NCBI GenBank assembly: GCA_964418665.1 | Contig: CAYQLZ010000002.1 | Span: forward strand, 33,615 to 97,614 | Direction: 5' to 3' | From: an uncultured Dehalococcoidia bacterium | Lineage (GTDB): Bacteria > Chloroflexota > Dehalococcoidia > Lucifugimonadales > GCA-2712585 | DNA: 64,000 nucleotides | In this document: positions 19,515-27,000 of the stretch, one piece after another | Layout: each line of letters opens with the position of its first letter | How positions within the stretch are numbered: position 1 is the first letter of the stretch | The notes under the pieces: model-generated | Told to the model about the DNA's origin: nothing | What the model saw: the letters and a program-made list of their open reading frames with translations, nothing else | Database searches by the model: none | Made by a program: the position numbers and the translations under genes

Positions 19515-21275
19515 CTAGTCACGGCTCACCGCCGATTCCAGGAATACCTCTTCGCCCGGCAGCAGCTGGAGTTCATAGATGCTCTTGTAGAAGCCGTCCC
19601 TGGCGATGAGTTCGTCGTGGGTGCCCTGGGCGGCAATCTCGCCGTCTTTCAGCACCAGAATCAGGTCCGCTCCCTTAACGCTGCTGACCCGGTGAGCGAT
19701 GATGAAGGTGGTGCGGTTCTCCATAACCTGGTGCAGGGCCATCTGGATCTGCCGCTCCGTCTCCACGTCGACGCTGGAAGTGGAGTCGTCCAGAATCAAA
19801 ACCGGCGGGTTGATCAACAGGGTGCGGGCGATGGCGAGTCGCTGGCGCTGGCCGCCGGAAAGGGTCACGCCGCGCTCACCGACCTCGGTATCGTACCCAT
19901 TGGGCAGAGTCATGATGAAATCGTGGAGATTGGCAGCTTTGGCAGCCTCTTCCACGTCCTCGGCGGTCACGCCGTTTGCGCCGTAGCTGATGTTCTCCCT
20001 TATGGTTGTCTGGAAGAGGAACACGTCCTGAAACACGATGCCCACGTTGTGACGCAACGAATTCAAAGTCACGTCTCTCACGTTGATCCCGTCGATGGTA
20101 ACTGTGCCCACGGTGGGATCGTAGAAGCGAGGAATGAGGTTGCAGATGGTGGTCTTGCCGCTCCCGGCGGCTCCGAGCACGGCGACCCTCTGTCCGGGCT
20201 TGATGTGGAAGCTCACGTCGGCGAGGGTGGGGGTGATTGCGTTGTAGGAGAAGGAAACATTGTCGAAGACCACTTCGCCCCGGGCGTGGCCCATCTCCCT
20301 GGCGTTTTCTTTGTCTTCCACGGGGGAGGGGGAATCGAGGATCTGGAAGATGCGCTCGCCGGAGGAAACGGCGCGGGTGAATACGTTAACGGCCCAGCCC
20401 AGCATTCGCACGGGCATCACCAGTAGGCCAAGGAAGAGCAGGAAGGTGGCGAGTTCGCCCGCTGTGAGGCTGCCATCCAGGACCCAGCGTCCGCCGAAAA
20501 GGACGACAAGGCCGGTGGCGCCGACGTACATAAAAGTGAGGAAGGCGGTATTCGCCACCCGCAGCCGGTTGGCGGCGAAGGTCTGCTCAGACACCTGGAA
20601 GGAGTGGCCGTGAAACAGCTTCTTCTGCGCCTCCTCGGCTCCCAGGGACTTCACCACCCTCATGCCGACGAGGTTCTCCTGGAGAACGGTGGTTAGCACT
20701 CCCATCCTTCGCTGAACCGAGCGCCAGATTTGGCGCATTCGGCGGCTGATTGTCATGGTGGTGTAAAGGGTTATGGGCACGCCGGCAAGGCTGATCAGCG
20801 CTAGCTGCCAGTGAATGATGAAAAGCAGGGGCGCAATGCCCAGAATCAGGAAAGTCAACTGGAGGGAGCGCACCATGCCGAAGTTGATGAACATGCGGGT
20901 GCTCTCCACGTCGTAAGTGACCACCGACATCAGGTCGCCGGTGTTTCGTTTGTCGTGGAATGCGAAGCTGAGGCCCTGCATTCTCTGGAGCAGGGCGTTC
21001 TTCAGGGAGTAGGTAACCCTGGAGGAGACGTTTTCGGCGAAGTAGGTCTGTCCATAGCTGAAAGCGCCCCGAACAACGCTGATGAGGACCAGGGAGACGC
21101 CGAGGAGAATCAGGCCCCTTCGATCACCGTCGGTGAGGACCTGGTCGACGGCGTCGCCGATGAGCCAGGGGACGGCAAGGGCCAGGGCGTTGGCTCCCAG
21201 TATGGAAATCCAGGCAAGGAACAGGTACCGCTTGTATCGAAGGCCGTGTCGCGCGAGGCGAAGAAGAATCCGCAT
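19515..21275 (-). CDS. ABC exporter, fused permease/ATPase subunit (partner of the downstream gene)
   Basis: 586 aa. Walker A GAAGSGKTT, signature LSGGQRQR, Walker B LILDDSTS. Confidence 0.9.
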   Translation of the reverse strand: MRILLRLARHGLRYKRYLFLAWISILGANALALAVPWLIGDAVDQVLTDGDRRGLILLGVSLVLISVVRGAFSYGQTYFAENVSSRVTYSLKNALLQRMQGLSFAFHDKRNTGDLMSVVTYDVESTRMFINFGMVRSLQLTFLILGIAPLLFIIHWQLALISLAGVPITLYTTMTISRRMRQIWRSVQRRMGVLTTVLQENLVGMRVVKSLGAEEAQKKLFHGHSFQVSEQTFAANRLRVANTAFLTFMYVGATGLVVLFGGRWVLDGSLTAGELATFLLFLGLLVMPVRMLGWAVNVFTRAVSSGERIFQILDSPSPVEDKENAREMGHARGEVVFDNVSFSYNAITPTLADVSFHIKPGQRVAVLGAAGSGKTTICNLIPRFYDPTVGTVTIDGINVRDVTLNSLRHNVGIVFQDVFLFQTTIRENISYGANGVTAEDVEEAAKAANLHDFIMTLPNGYDTEVGERGVTLSGGQRQRLAIARTLLINPPVLILDDSTSSVDVETERQIQMALHQVMENRTTFIIAHRVSSVKGADLILVLKDGEIAAQGTHDELIARDGFYKSIYELQLLPGEEVFLESAVSRD

Positions 21276-21282
21276 TCAACGT

Positions 21283-21311
21283 ATTATAGAACTATCACGG
21301 CGTTATGCCAA
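21283..21311 (-). promoter_or_regulatory. near-consensus promoter of the ABC exporter operon (TTGGCA-17-TATAAT)
   Basis: On the minus strand, TATAAT is at 21283-21288 and TTGGCA at 21306-21311. The ATG (21273-21275) lies only 7 nt after the -10, and no SD is present. Confidence 0.5.
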
Positions 21312-21571
21312 CTAGAATAATTGCCCAAAAAACGGAATTCCGCAGGGTCGATGCGTATCCAGCTTCGAGTTCATCGGGAGAAGGCGGGCGAAACGTTACG
21401 TAAATACGATGCCGAAAGGCTTATCGTTTTGCCGAAAAACGGATTCCTTGAGATTGGCTGGGACGTGTTAGAATGTAAACAGAGTCCGAATAGAGATTTC
21501 CTTCTCGCGATTCAATGGCCATTAATCACTTTGGCCGATTTTCACTCTTTTCACGATCTCTCAAACACGTC

Positions 21572-22231
21572 ATGTCGTATATTCTGCGAAAACTCCACAG
21601 TTCAGACCTCTCGCCCGTCAGCGAAATCGAGCGGGAAGCCTTCCCCTCCCTCTGGCCGAGCAGCGCCTTCAAGAGCGAGTTGGACAACCCCAAGATCAAA
21701 CACCTGGTGGCAGCGCTGCCTTCCGGAGAGAAGCCTGACGACGAGCCGGTCGGCGATTCCCCCCCAGACCCCATTCCCCAAAGGTTGATCCACAGCGTCC
21801 GTGAGCTGCTCAGGATGCGGGCTACGGGGCGGTCCATGGGCGATTACCCGGTTGGCTATGTTTCCACCTGGCTCGTTTTCGAAGAGGCGCACATCACGGC
21901 CATCGCTGTTCGCGAGGCGTATCGAGGAAAGGGCGTGGGTGAACTGCTGTTGGGCGGGGCCATCGAATTCGCGATGCAGGAGAAGAGCCGCGTGGTTACC
22001 CTGGAGGTGCGGGTCTCCAACCGGAGCGCCATCGCCTTATACCACAAGTACGGGTTCAAGAAGGTGGGACTGCGCAAGGCTTACTACTCGGACAACCGGG
22101 AAGACGCCGACATCATGACCACGGACCCCATCCTGAGCCTGTCCTATCAGAGACGGTTCATGGAGTTGCGTCACGCCTATCTGAAGCGACACGGCACCCA
22201 GGGAGCGCCGCAACCCTACGCCCGGGTGTGA
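21572..22231 (+). CDS. rimI: ribosomal-protein-alanine N-acetyltransferase (GNAT)
   Basis: LSPVSEIEREAFPSLW...ITAIAVREAYRGKGVGELLL...LEVRVSNRSAIALYHKYGF. The start is set at ATG 21572; the ORF extends up to 21515. Confidence 0.8.
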   Translation: MSYILRKLHSSDLSPVSEIEREAFPSLWPSSAFKSELDNPKIKHLVAALPSGEKPDDEPVGDSPPDPIPQRLIHSVRELLRMRATGRSMGDYPVGYVSTWLVFEEAHITAIAVREAYRGKGVGELLLGGAIEFAMQEKSRVVTLEVRVSNRSAIALYHKYGFKKVGLRKAYYSDNREDADIMTTDPILSLSYQRRFMELRHAYLKRHGTQGAPQPYARV

Positions 22232-22250
22232 GGGGCGCAGGTTCCCCTGC

Positions 22251-22541
22251 CTATTTCACCGCCGACGCAGTGGGGAGTTTTCTCACAGCTTCTCCAATCA
22301 GTTCATGGGCCTTGGCGAGATCAAATTGGGCTTGAAGGTTCAGCCAAAACTGAGGATCAACGCCAAACCAGTGGCCGAAACGTAGGGCGGTGTCCCCCGC
22401 AATCGAACGCTTTTTGGAGATTATCTGGCTGATGCGATTCGGCGGCACCCGAATCTGACGGGCGAATTCCGTTGGCGAAACGCCAAATTCCGCCAGTTCG
22501 TCCCTGAGTATTTCGCCTGGGTGGACTGTGCGCTTGAACAT
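22251..22541 (-). CDS. higA: HigA-family antitoxin (XRE-type HTH)
   Basis: ATG 22539-22541 with AGGAG 7 nt upstream. Translation MFKRTVHPGEILRDELAEFGVSPTEFARQIRVPPNRISQII...LRFGHWFGVDPQFWLNLQ. Confidence 0.8.
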   Translation of the reverse strand: MFKRTVHPGEILRDELAEFGVSPTEFARQIRVPPNRISQIISKKRSIAGDTALRFGHWFGVDPQFWLNLQAQFDLAKAHELIGEAVRKLPTASAVK

Positions 22542-22728
22542 GCTGCATCTCCTGATAGCTTCTAAGGATGGGCAACTATTCAACTTGATATTTCTCGTAA
22601 CATCCGCTACTGTAAAGGATACATCGACCCTTAGCAGTACGCCCGGCTCCCGGAAAGTCCGTATAGGGTTTTCTGGCAATCGTGAGCTTGGCCGAGCCTC
22701 TGGGTCTTTTCTTTATAGGAGATGATAA

Positions 22729-22896
22729 TTGAATATAGCGCCAAGGGCGGCAATTCTCATCGACGGCGGGTACTTGCTAAAGCGACTGCCAAAAGTTTGC
22801 CCACATATTGATTCCTCTAACCTTAGGAGCGTCGCAGGTGAGATTGTGAAGCTGGTTCGTAGTCATCTTCAACAATTGACAACCCATTACGCCTAA
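22729..22896 (+). pseudogene. 55-codon fragment resembling the N-terminus of an NYN/LabA-like (PIN-related) domain protein
   Basis: TTG with AGGAG 7 nt upstream. The translation LNIAPRAAILIDGGYLLKRLP... terminates after 55 codons. The rpsP promoter sits inside it. Confidence 0.3.
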
Positions 22897-22904
22897 ACTA
22901 AAAT
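22876..22904 (+). promoter_or_regulatory. consensus-like promoter of rpsP (TTGACA-17-TAAAAT)
   Basis: -35 at 22876-22881 and -10 at 22899-22904. Confidence 0.55.
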
Positions 22905-22962
22905 TTGACCCTGAATCAACCAAGAATCAACGAATCAACCAACTGCGCAGGTACGAAACTGA

Positions 22963-23298
22963 ATGCTTAGGATAAGACTCCGGAGGGTCGGCAAAAAGAA
23001 GCAGCCCTCATACCGAATTGTGGTGGCCGATTCCCGCTCGCCCCGGGACGGCGCCTTCGTGGAACGCATAGGCCACTACGACCCGCTTATTGACCCTCCG
23101 GCGGTAACCCTGGACAAGGATCGCGCCCGCATGTGGCTCAGCCGGGGGGCCCAGCCCTCCGACGCCGTGCAGCGCATATTCAAGTGGCAACGGTTGTTTG
23201 AGGAGGACGCTCCCGAGGACGATCCGGTTACCGCAGTCGCGGCCCCGCCCGAGGTAGTTGCCGCGGAAGAAGCTACTGAAGAAGAGACCGCACAATGA
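22963..23298 (+). CDS. rpsP: 30S ribosomal protein S16 with acidic C-terminal extension
   Basis: [41 protein letters not shown]. Confidence 0.9.
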   Translation: MLRIRLRRVGKKKQPSYRIVVADSRSPRDGAFVERIGHYDPLIDPPAVTLDKDRARMWLSRGAQPSDAVQRIFKWQRLFEEDAPEDDPVTAVAAPPEVVAAEEATEEETAQ

Positions 23299-23525
23299 TG
23301 CAGGAACTCATCGAGTACATCGCCAGGAACCTGGCCAGCAAGCCGGAAGAGGTGAAGGTCACCTCCGAAATGGAGGACGACAGGGTGATTCTCCGTCTGG
23401 AAGTCGCCGCAGAGGACAAGGGCAAGATCATCGGTCGACAGGGACGCGTGGCCCAGGCCATGCGGACCATTCTACGCGTAGCCGCCATCAAGGAAGGCTC
23501 CCGCGTAGTCCTCGAAATCGTCTGA
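23295..23525 (+). CDS. KH-domain RNA-binding protein (YlqC/UPF0109 family)
   Basis: 76 aa. [24 protein letters not shown] motif. ATGA overlap with rpsP. Confidence 0.85.
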   Translation: MMQELIEYIARNLASKPEEVKVTSEMEDDRVILRLEVAAEDKGKIIGRQGRVAQAMRTILRVAAIKEGSRVVLEIV

Positions 23526-23616
23526 CCTTCCCGTCTCCCGCCCGACCCTCTTCGGTTTTCTCATTAGACCCGCTCTAGGCGGCCTGCGTTTTCGATGTTC
23601 CCAAACGCCGCCGGTT

Positions 23617-23645
23617 TTGACCCTCATTGGGGCCGGTGATACAAT
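23617..23645 (+). promoter_or_regulatory. promoter upstream of the yebC-ruvC-ruvA operon (TTGACC-17-TACAAT)
   Basis: -35 at 23617-23622 and -10 at 23640-23645. Confidence 0.5.
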
Positions 23646-23777
23646 TCCATGGCGTATTCCGAAGACAGTTACATGGTAGTCTCGGAGTTTGTCGTTCGTC
23701 TCGAACAGCTTGTGAGGAGAGTCGAACGGCGAGGCTCCTGCATCTGTCTACAACGGAAGAATAGCCCAGTTTTCGCG

Positions 23778-23799
23778 CCCTGCGGGCGCCGCAGGGAGG
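23778..23799 (+). promoter_or_regulatory. GC-rich hairpin overlapping the yebC Shine-Dalgarno sequence
   Basis: ccctgcgg-gcg-ccgcaggg is a perfect 8-bp stem (23778-23796). The SD GGGAGG is at 23794-23799 and the TTG start at 23807. Confidence 0.35.
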
Positions 23800-23806
23800 T
23801 TTAACT

Positions 23807-24571
23807 TTGTCTGGTCACTCAAAATGGAAGACCATCAAGCACCAGAAGGGCGCCGCCGACGCCAAGCGCGGCCAGCTCTTCACGAAGCTCACGCGTGAGC
23901 TTTCCATCGCCGCCCGGGAAGGCGCCGGCGGCGGCGATCCCGACATGAACTACCAGCTTCGGCTGGCCATCGACCGCGCCAAGGCGGCCAACATGCCCGC
24001 CGACACCATCGACCGCGCCATCAAGCGGGGCACCGGGGAAGGCGGCGAGCAGGTCCAGCTTGAGGAGATCACCTACGAAGGGTACGGGCCGGGCGGGGTG
24101 GCGATCCTGCTGCAGACGGTCACGGACAATCGCAATCGAACCGCCTCCGAAGTGCGGGCAACGTTCTCCAAAATCGGCGCCAGCCTGGGCTCCTCGGGCT
24201 GTGTCGCATGGAACTTCGACAGCATGGGTCTCATCACCATGGAGATGCCCTCTGACGAGGCGGAAGACATGGCCCTGCTGGCCATCGACGCCGGAGCGGA
24301 GGACGTGAAGGTGGAGGACAGCTATGTGGAGGTGTTCACGCTGCCGGAGAACCTGACCCAGGTGAAGCAGCAGCTGGAAGAGGAAAACGTCGACATCGCC
24401 ACTGCGGAAGTAGCCATGGTGCCGAAGGCCACCGTCGCCCTCGGGCCCAGGGAAGCGGAGCAGACTCTGCGCCTGCTGGACCTGTTGGAGGACCTGCAGG
24501 ACTCCCAGAAGGTCTACACCAACGCGGACTTTCCTGAGGAGACCCTGGAAAAGTACAGCCGCGAGAACTAG
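23807..24571 (+). CDS. YebC/PmpR-family transcriptional regulator
   Basis: (M)SGHSKWKTIKHQKGAADAKRGQLFTKL... TTG start. Confidence 0.9.
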   Translation: MSGHSKWKTIKHQKGAADAKRGQLFTKLTRELSIAAREGAGGGDPDMNYQLRLAIDRAKAANMPADTIDRAIKRGTGEGGEQVQLEEITYEGYGPGGVAILLQTVTDNRNRTASEVRATFSKIGASLGSSGCVAWNFDSMGLITMEMPSDEAEDMALLAIDAGAEDVKVEDSYVEVFTLPENLTQVKQQLEEENVDIATAEVAMVPKATVALGPREAEQTLRLLDLLEDLQDSQKVYTNADFPEETLEKYSREN

Positions 24572-24576
24572 CGTCG

Positions 24577-25092
24577 ATGGTCAAGATCCTCGGCATAGAC
24601 CCCGGCACGCTTCACCTGGGCTACGGCCTGATAGAGGAGTCCGATGGTGACCTCCAGGCGCTGGACTACGGGGCTCTGCACTTCAAGTCGGCGCTGCCGG
24701 TGGAGGAGCGGCTATACCAGGTTCACTCCCACCTGATGAACATGATAGGCATGTTCCGCCCGGACGAGCTTGCCATCGAGAGTCCCTTCATGGGCCAGGG
24801 GCAAAGCCGCTTCGTCGGTCCCGCCTTCGCGGTGGGACAGGCCCAGGCGGCGGTGCTGATTGCTTCCGTGTCCCAGGGCGTACCCGTCTTCCGATACCCT
24901 CCGGCGCAGATAAAGTCGTCCGTGGCCGACCACGGAGCTGCCTCCAAGGAACAGGTGCTGACCATGGTGAGCATCACCCTGAATCTCAACGAAATACCCC
25001 TGAGCTACGATGCCTCAGACGCGCTGGCCATCGCCCTGTGCCACCTGCGGCAGCGGGAACTCTCGGATATGGCGGCCCTTTCGGAATGGTGA
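24577..25092 (+). CDS. ruvC: crossover junction endodeoxyribonuclease RuvC
   Basis: ILGIDPGTLHLGYGLIE... with catalytic acidic residues. 171 aa. Confidence 0.9.
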   Translation: MVKILGIDPGTLHLGYGLIEESDGDLQALDYGALHFKSALPVEERLYQVHSHLMNMIGMFRPDELAIESPFMGQGQSRFVGPAFAVGQAQAAVLIASVSQGVPVFRYPPAQIKSSVADHGAASKEQVLTMVSITLNLNEIPLSYDASDALAIALCHLRQRELSDMAALSEW

Positions 25093-25120
25093 CCGTCATG
25101 CCCTGCTCCGGCGGCCAGAA

Positions 25121-25708
25121 TTGATAGCCTTCATTACCGGGGTTCTGCGTGCCCGCGGCGCCGACTGGGTGCAGTTGGATGTGGGTGGCGTGGGCTTCCA
25201 CGTCTCCGTCCCGGCTTCGCTGGCCCTCTCCGTGGGCGAGGAGGGACAGCAGGTGACTCTTCACACCCGGCTGATAATCCGCGACGACGAACCGCAGCTG
25301 TACGGGTTTCCGAGTCCGGCGGCGTTGAAGTTCTTCTACATGCTCACCGGGGTTTCCGGCATCGGCCCGCGCTCCGCGTTGAACCTGCTGTCGGCCCGGC
25401 CGCCGGAAGCCCTCGCGACGGCCATCATGGCGGGCGACCTGGACGCGTTTACCGCGGTACCCGGCATTGGGAAGCGTACTGCCACGCGCATCGTGCTGGA
25501 GCTCAAGGACCGGCTGGAGAAGGAGGGGCTGCCCATCACGGACTCGCCGATGGCTGACGACGCAGATGCTGTGGCGGCGCTGACAGCCCTGGGGTACACG
25601 GCGGGGGAGGTGCGCCAGGCCCTTCGAAGCCTGGGCCCGGAGTCAGCGACGCTGGAGTTGGAAGAACGCATCCGCCGGGCGCTGACGCAGCTGGCCGGAG
25701 GGGGTTGA
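25121..25708 (+). CDS. ruvA: Holliday junction DNA helicase subunit RuvA
   Basis: The TTG at 25121 gives (M)IAFITGVLRARGADWVQLDVGGVGFHVSVP..., the canonical RuvA N-terminus. The longer ORF from 25010 overlaps ruvC. Confidence 0.85.
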   Translation: MIAFITGVLRARGADWVQLDVGGVGFHVSVPASLALSVGEEGQQVTLHTRLIIRDDEPQLYGFPSPAALKFFYMLTGVSGIGPRSALNLLSARPPEALATAIMAGDLDAFTAVPGIGKRTATRIVLELKDRLEKEGLPITDSPMADDADAVAALTALGYTAGEVRQALRSLGPESATLELEERIRRALTQLAGGG

Positions 25709-26199
25709 GGAGGTGGCCTACGGTAAGGCCCTGGGCTTCTACTTTGGGTGCCAAGATTAGGGTCTAAGCGACTAGGCTGTCGCATACCCTAGCAGCATCG
25801 CGAGATAGTCACAGTTGGGGAAGGTGTTAGGCCTCACGGTTATGTTTTTGACATCTCATAGGCATCAGCGAATCGTCGTAAGCTGCCCCTTACACGACAG
25901 GCTATCTTGCTGTTTTTTCGATAGGACGATGAGTGGCCGAAGAGATTCGAAGATCTGACCAACTTGCTTAGGGTTCGTCATCATCGTTTGAATGGGCGCG
26001 GCCCCAAAGTAGTCACCAATATTTGGTTTTGCCGTAGACGCCGCTTGTCTCAAGAGAGAAGATACTAAATTCGGATGCTGCTATTGACTCTGAGGGACAG
26101 TCTTATCCGGTCACCGTTTCCCTCGAGACGGAAATTTCTAGCTGCAAATTCAATTGGGACCTAAGCCTTATGCCAAGTATAGATTGGGTCATCCGGTGC

Positions 26200-26538
26200 C
26201 TATTCCCACTCCGTCGCTCTCTCAACAGCGGCAGTCAACCAGGCGTTTAGACTCTTGCCTTCTGTGCGAGCGGCGACGCTGGCCCTTCCGTGGAGCTCGG
26301 AAGGAATTCTCAGCGCAATCCTACCTGAATACGGCTTCTCAGGTTCTCGGCCGCGTTCTATGCAGAACTTCATGTATTCGTCCACGGAGTCCTTGAACGC
26401 TGTCCTGATCTCTTCAACGGACCTTCCCTGAAAGGTAATCACGTCCCTGGTATTGACCACTGTCCCGTGGAATATGTCCGCTTCTTCGTCGAAAGTAACC
26501 GTTCCCGCATAACCCTTGTAAATCATCGAATTCTCCAA
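26200..26538 (-). CDS. hicB: HicB-family antitoxin
   Basis: YKGYAGTVTFDEEADIFHGTVVNTRDVITFQG HicB fold, plus a C-terminal RHH-like segment (GRIALRIPSELHGRASVAA). The start may be at 26524. Confidence 0.8.
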   Translation of the reverse strand: MENSMIYKGYAGTVTFDEEADIFHGTVVNTRDVITFQGRSVEEIRTAFKDSVDEYMKFCIERGREPEKPYSGRIALRIPSELHGRASVAARTEGKSLNAWLTAAVERATEWE

Positions 26539-26578
26539 ATCGAAAAAATAACGCGACCCTTGCTGCCAAATTCCAAGA

Positions 26579-26836
26579 CTATTTTGTCTTCACCCCGGCT
26601 GCTTCTAGGAACTTTCTAAGGTCCGCCACCATGCCCTTGTCGATGGTGCTATGTGGATGTGGACGATGCAATATGGCGGTGGTTTCCCCAATTTCCACTG
26701 CTACTCTTGAGCCTTTTCTCTCTTCCATATATGCCCCGCAAGCATTCAATAACGACACGATGTCTTCCCATCTTATCCCTGTAGCCGTCGGTCTTCTAAA
26801 AATCGCCTCTAAAGTCCTGCGATGCTTGCGCCTCAC
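26579..26836 (-). CDS. hicA: HicA-like toxin (YcfA/HicA family variant)
   Basis: RRKHRRTLEAIFRRPTATGIRWEDIVSLLNACGA...GSRVAV...HRPHP...KGMVADLRKFLEAAGV. The GTG start at 26834-26836 was chosen; the ORF is open up to 26935. Confidence 0.6.
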   Translation of the reverse strand: MRRKHRRTLEAIFRRPTATGIRWEDIVSLLNACGAYMEERKGSRVAVEIGETTAILHRPHPHSTIDKGMVADLRKFLEAAGVKTK

Positions 26837-26982
26837 CAGGACAACCTTGCTCCACGCAATTGATTCCGTGCCATTCCAGCACCTCCTTTTGGCTCTTCTT
26901 GTAATGATATCAGAAAATGATATTAGTTGCAACATCAGCTCTCCGTAGAATCTACCAAAGAACTCACTCCCACCCCCTCCCG

Positions 26983-26991
26983 TGGTATCAT
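26983..26991 (+). promoter_or_regulatory. extended -10 element (TGgTATCAT) directly upstream of uvrB
   Basis: TATCAT is at 26986-26991 with TG at 26983-26984. ATG 27001 lies 9 nt downstream, and no SD is present. Confidence 0.4.
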
Positions 26992-27000
26992 TTATCCGTT

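Noticed and set aside
21321-21788. A 155-aa ORF covering the ABC/rimI intergenic region.
   Set aside because: It overlaps rimI out of frame and has a Ser/Pro/Arg-rich tail, a TTG start and no SD. The region is better explained as promoters plus repeat motifs.
23649-23804. A 51-codon ORF (MAYSEDSYMVVSEF...) in the yebC leader, as a possible independent small protein gene.
   Set aside because: It has no SD and the composition is not protein-like (Arg/Cys-rich tail). It is mentioned only as a possible regulatory uORF in the hairpin finding.
16620-25708. ruvB located about 7 kb away from ruvC-ruvA, as a possible rearrangement.
   Set aside because: Separation of ruvB from ruvA/ruvC is common in many phyla. 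Each locus has its own plausible promoter, and nothing suggests a recent rearrangement.
25865-26053. A 62-aa minus-strand ORF in the spacer after ruvA.
   Set aside because: No recognisable motif and no convincing SD. I could not exclude a real small gene or a remnant, so it is left unannotated rather than called.
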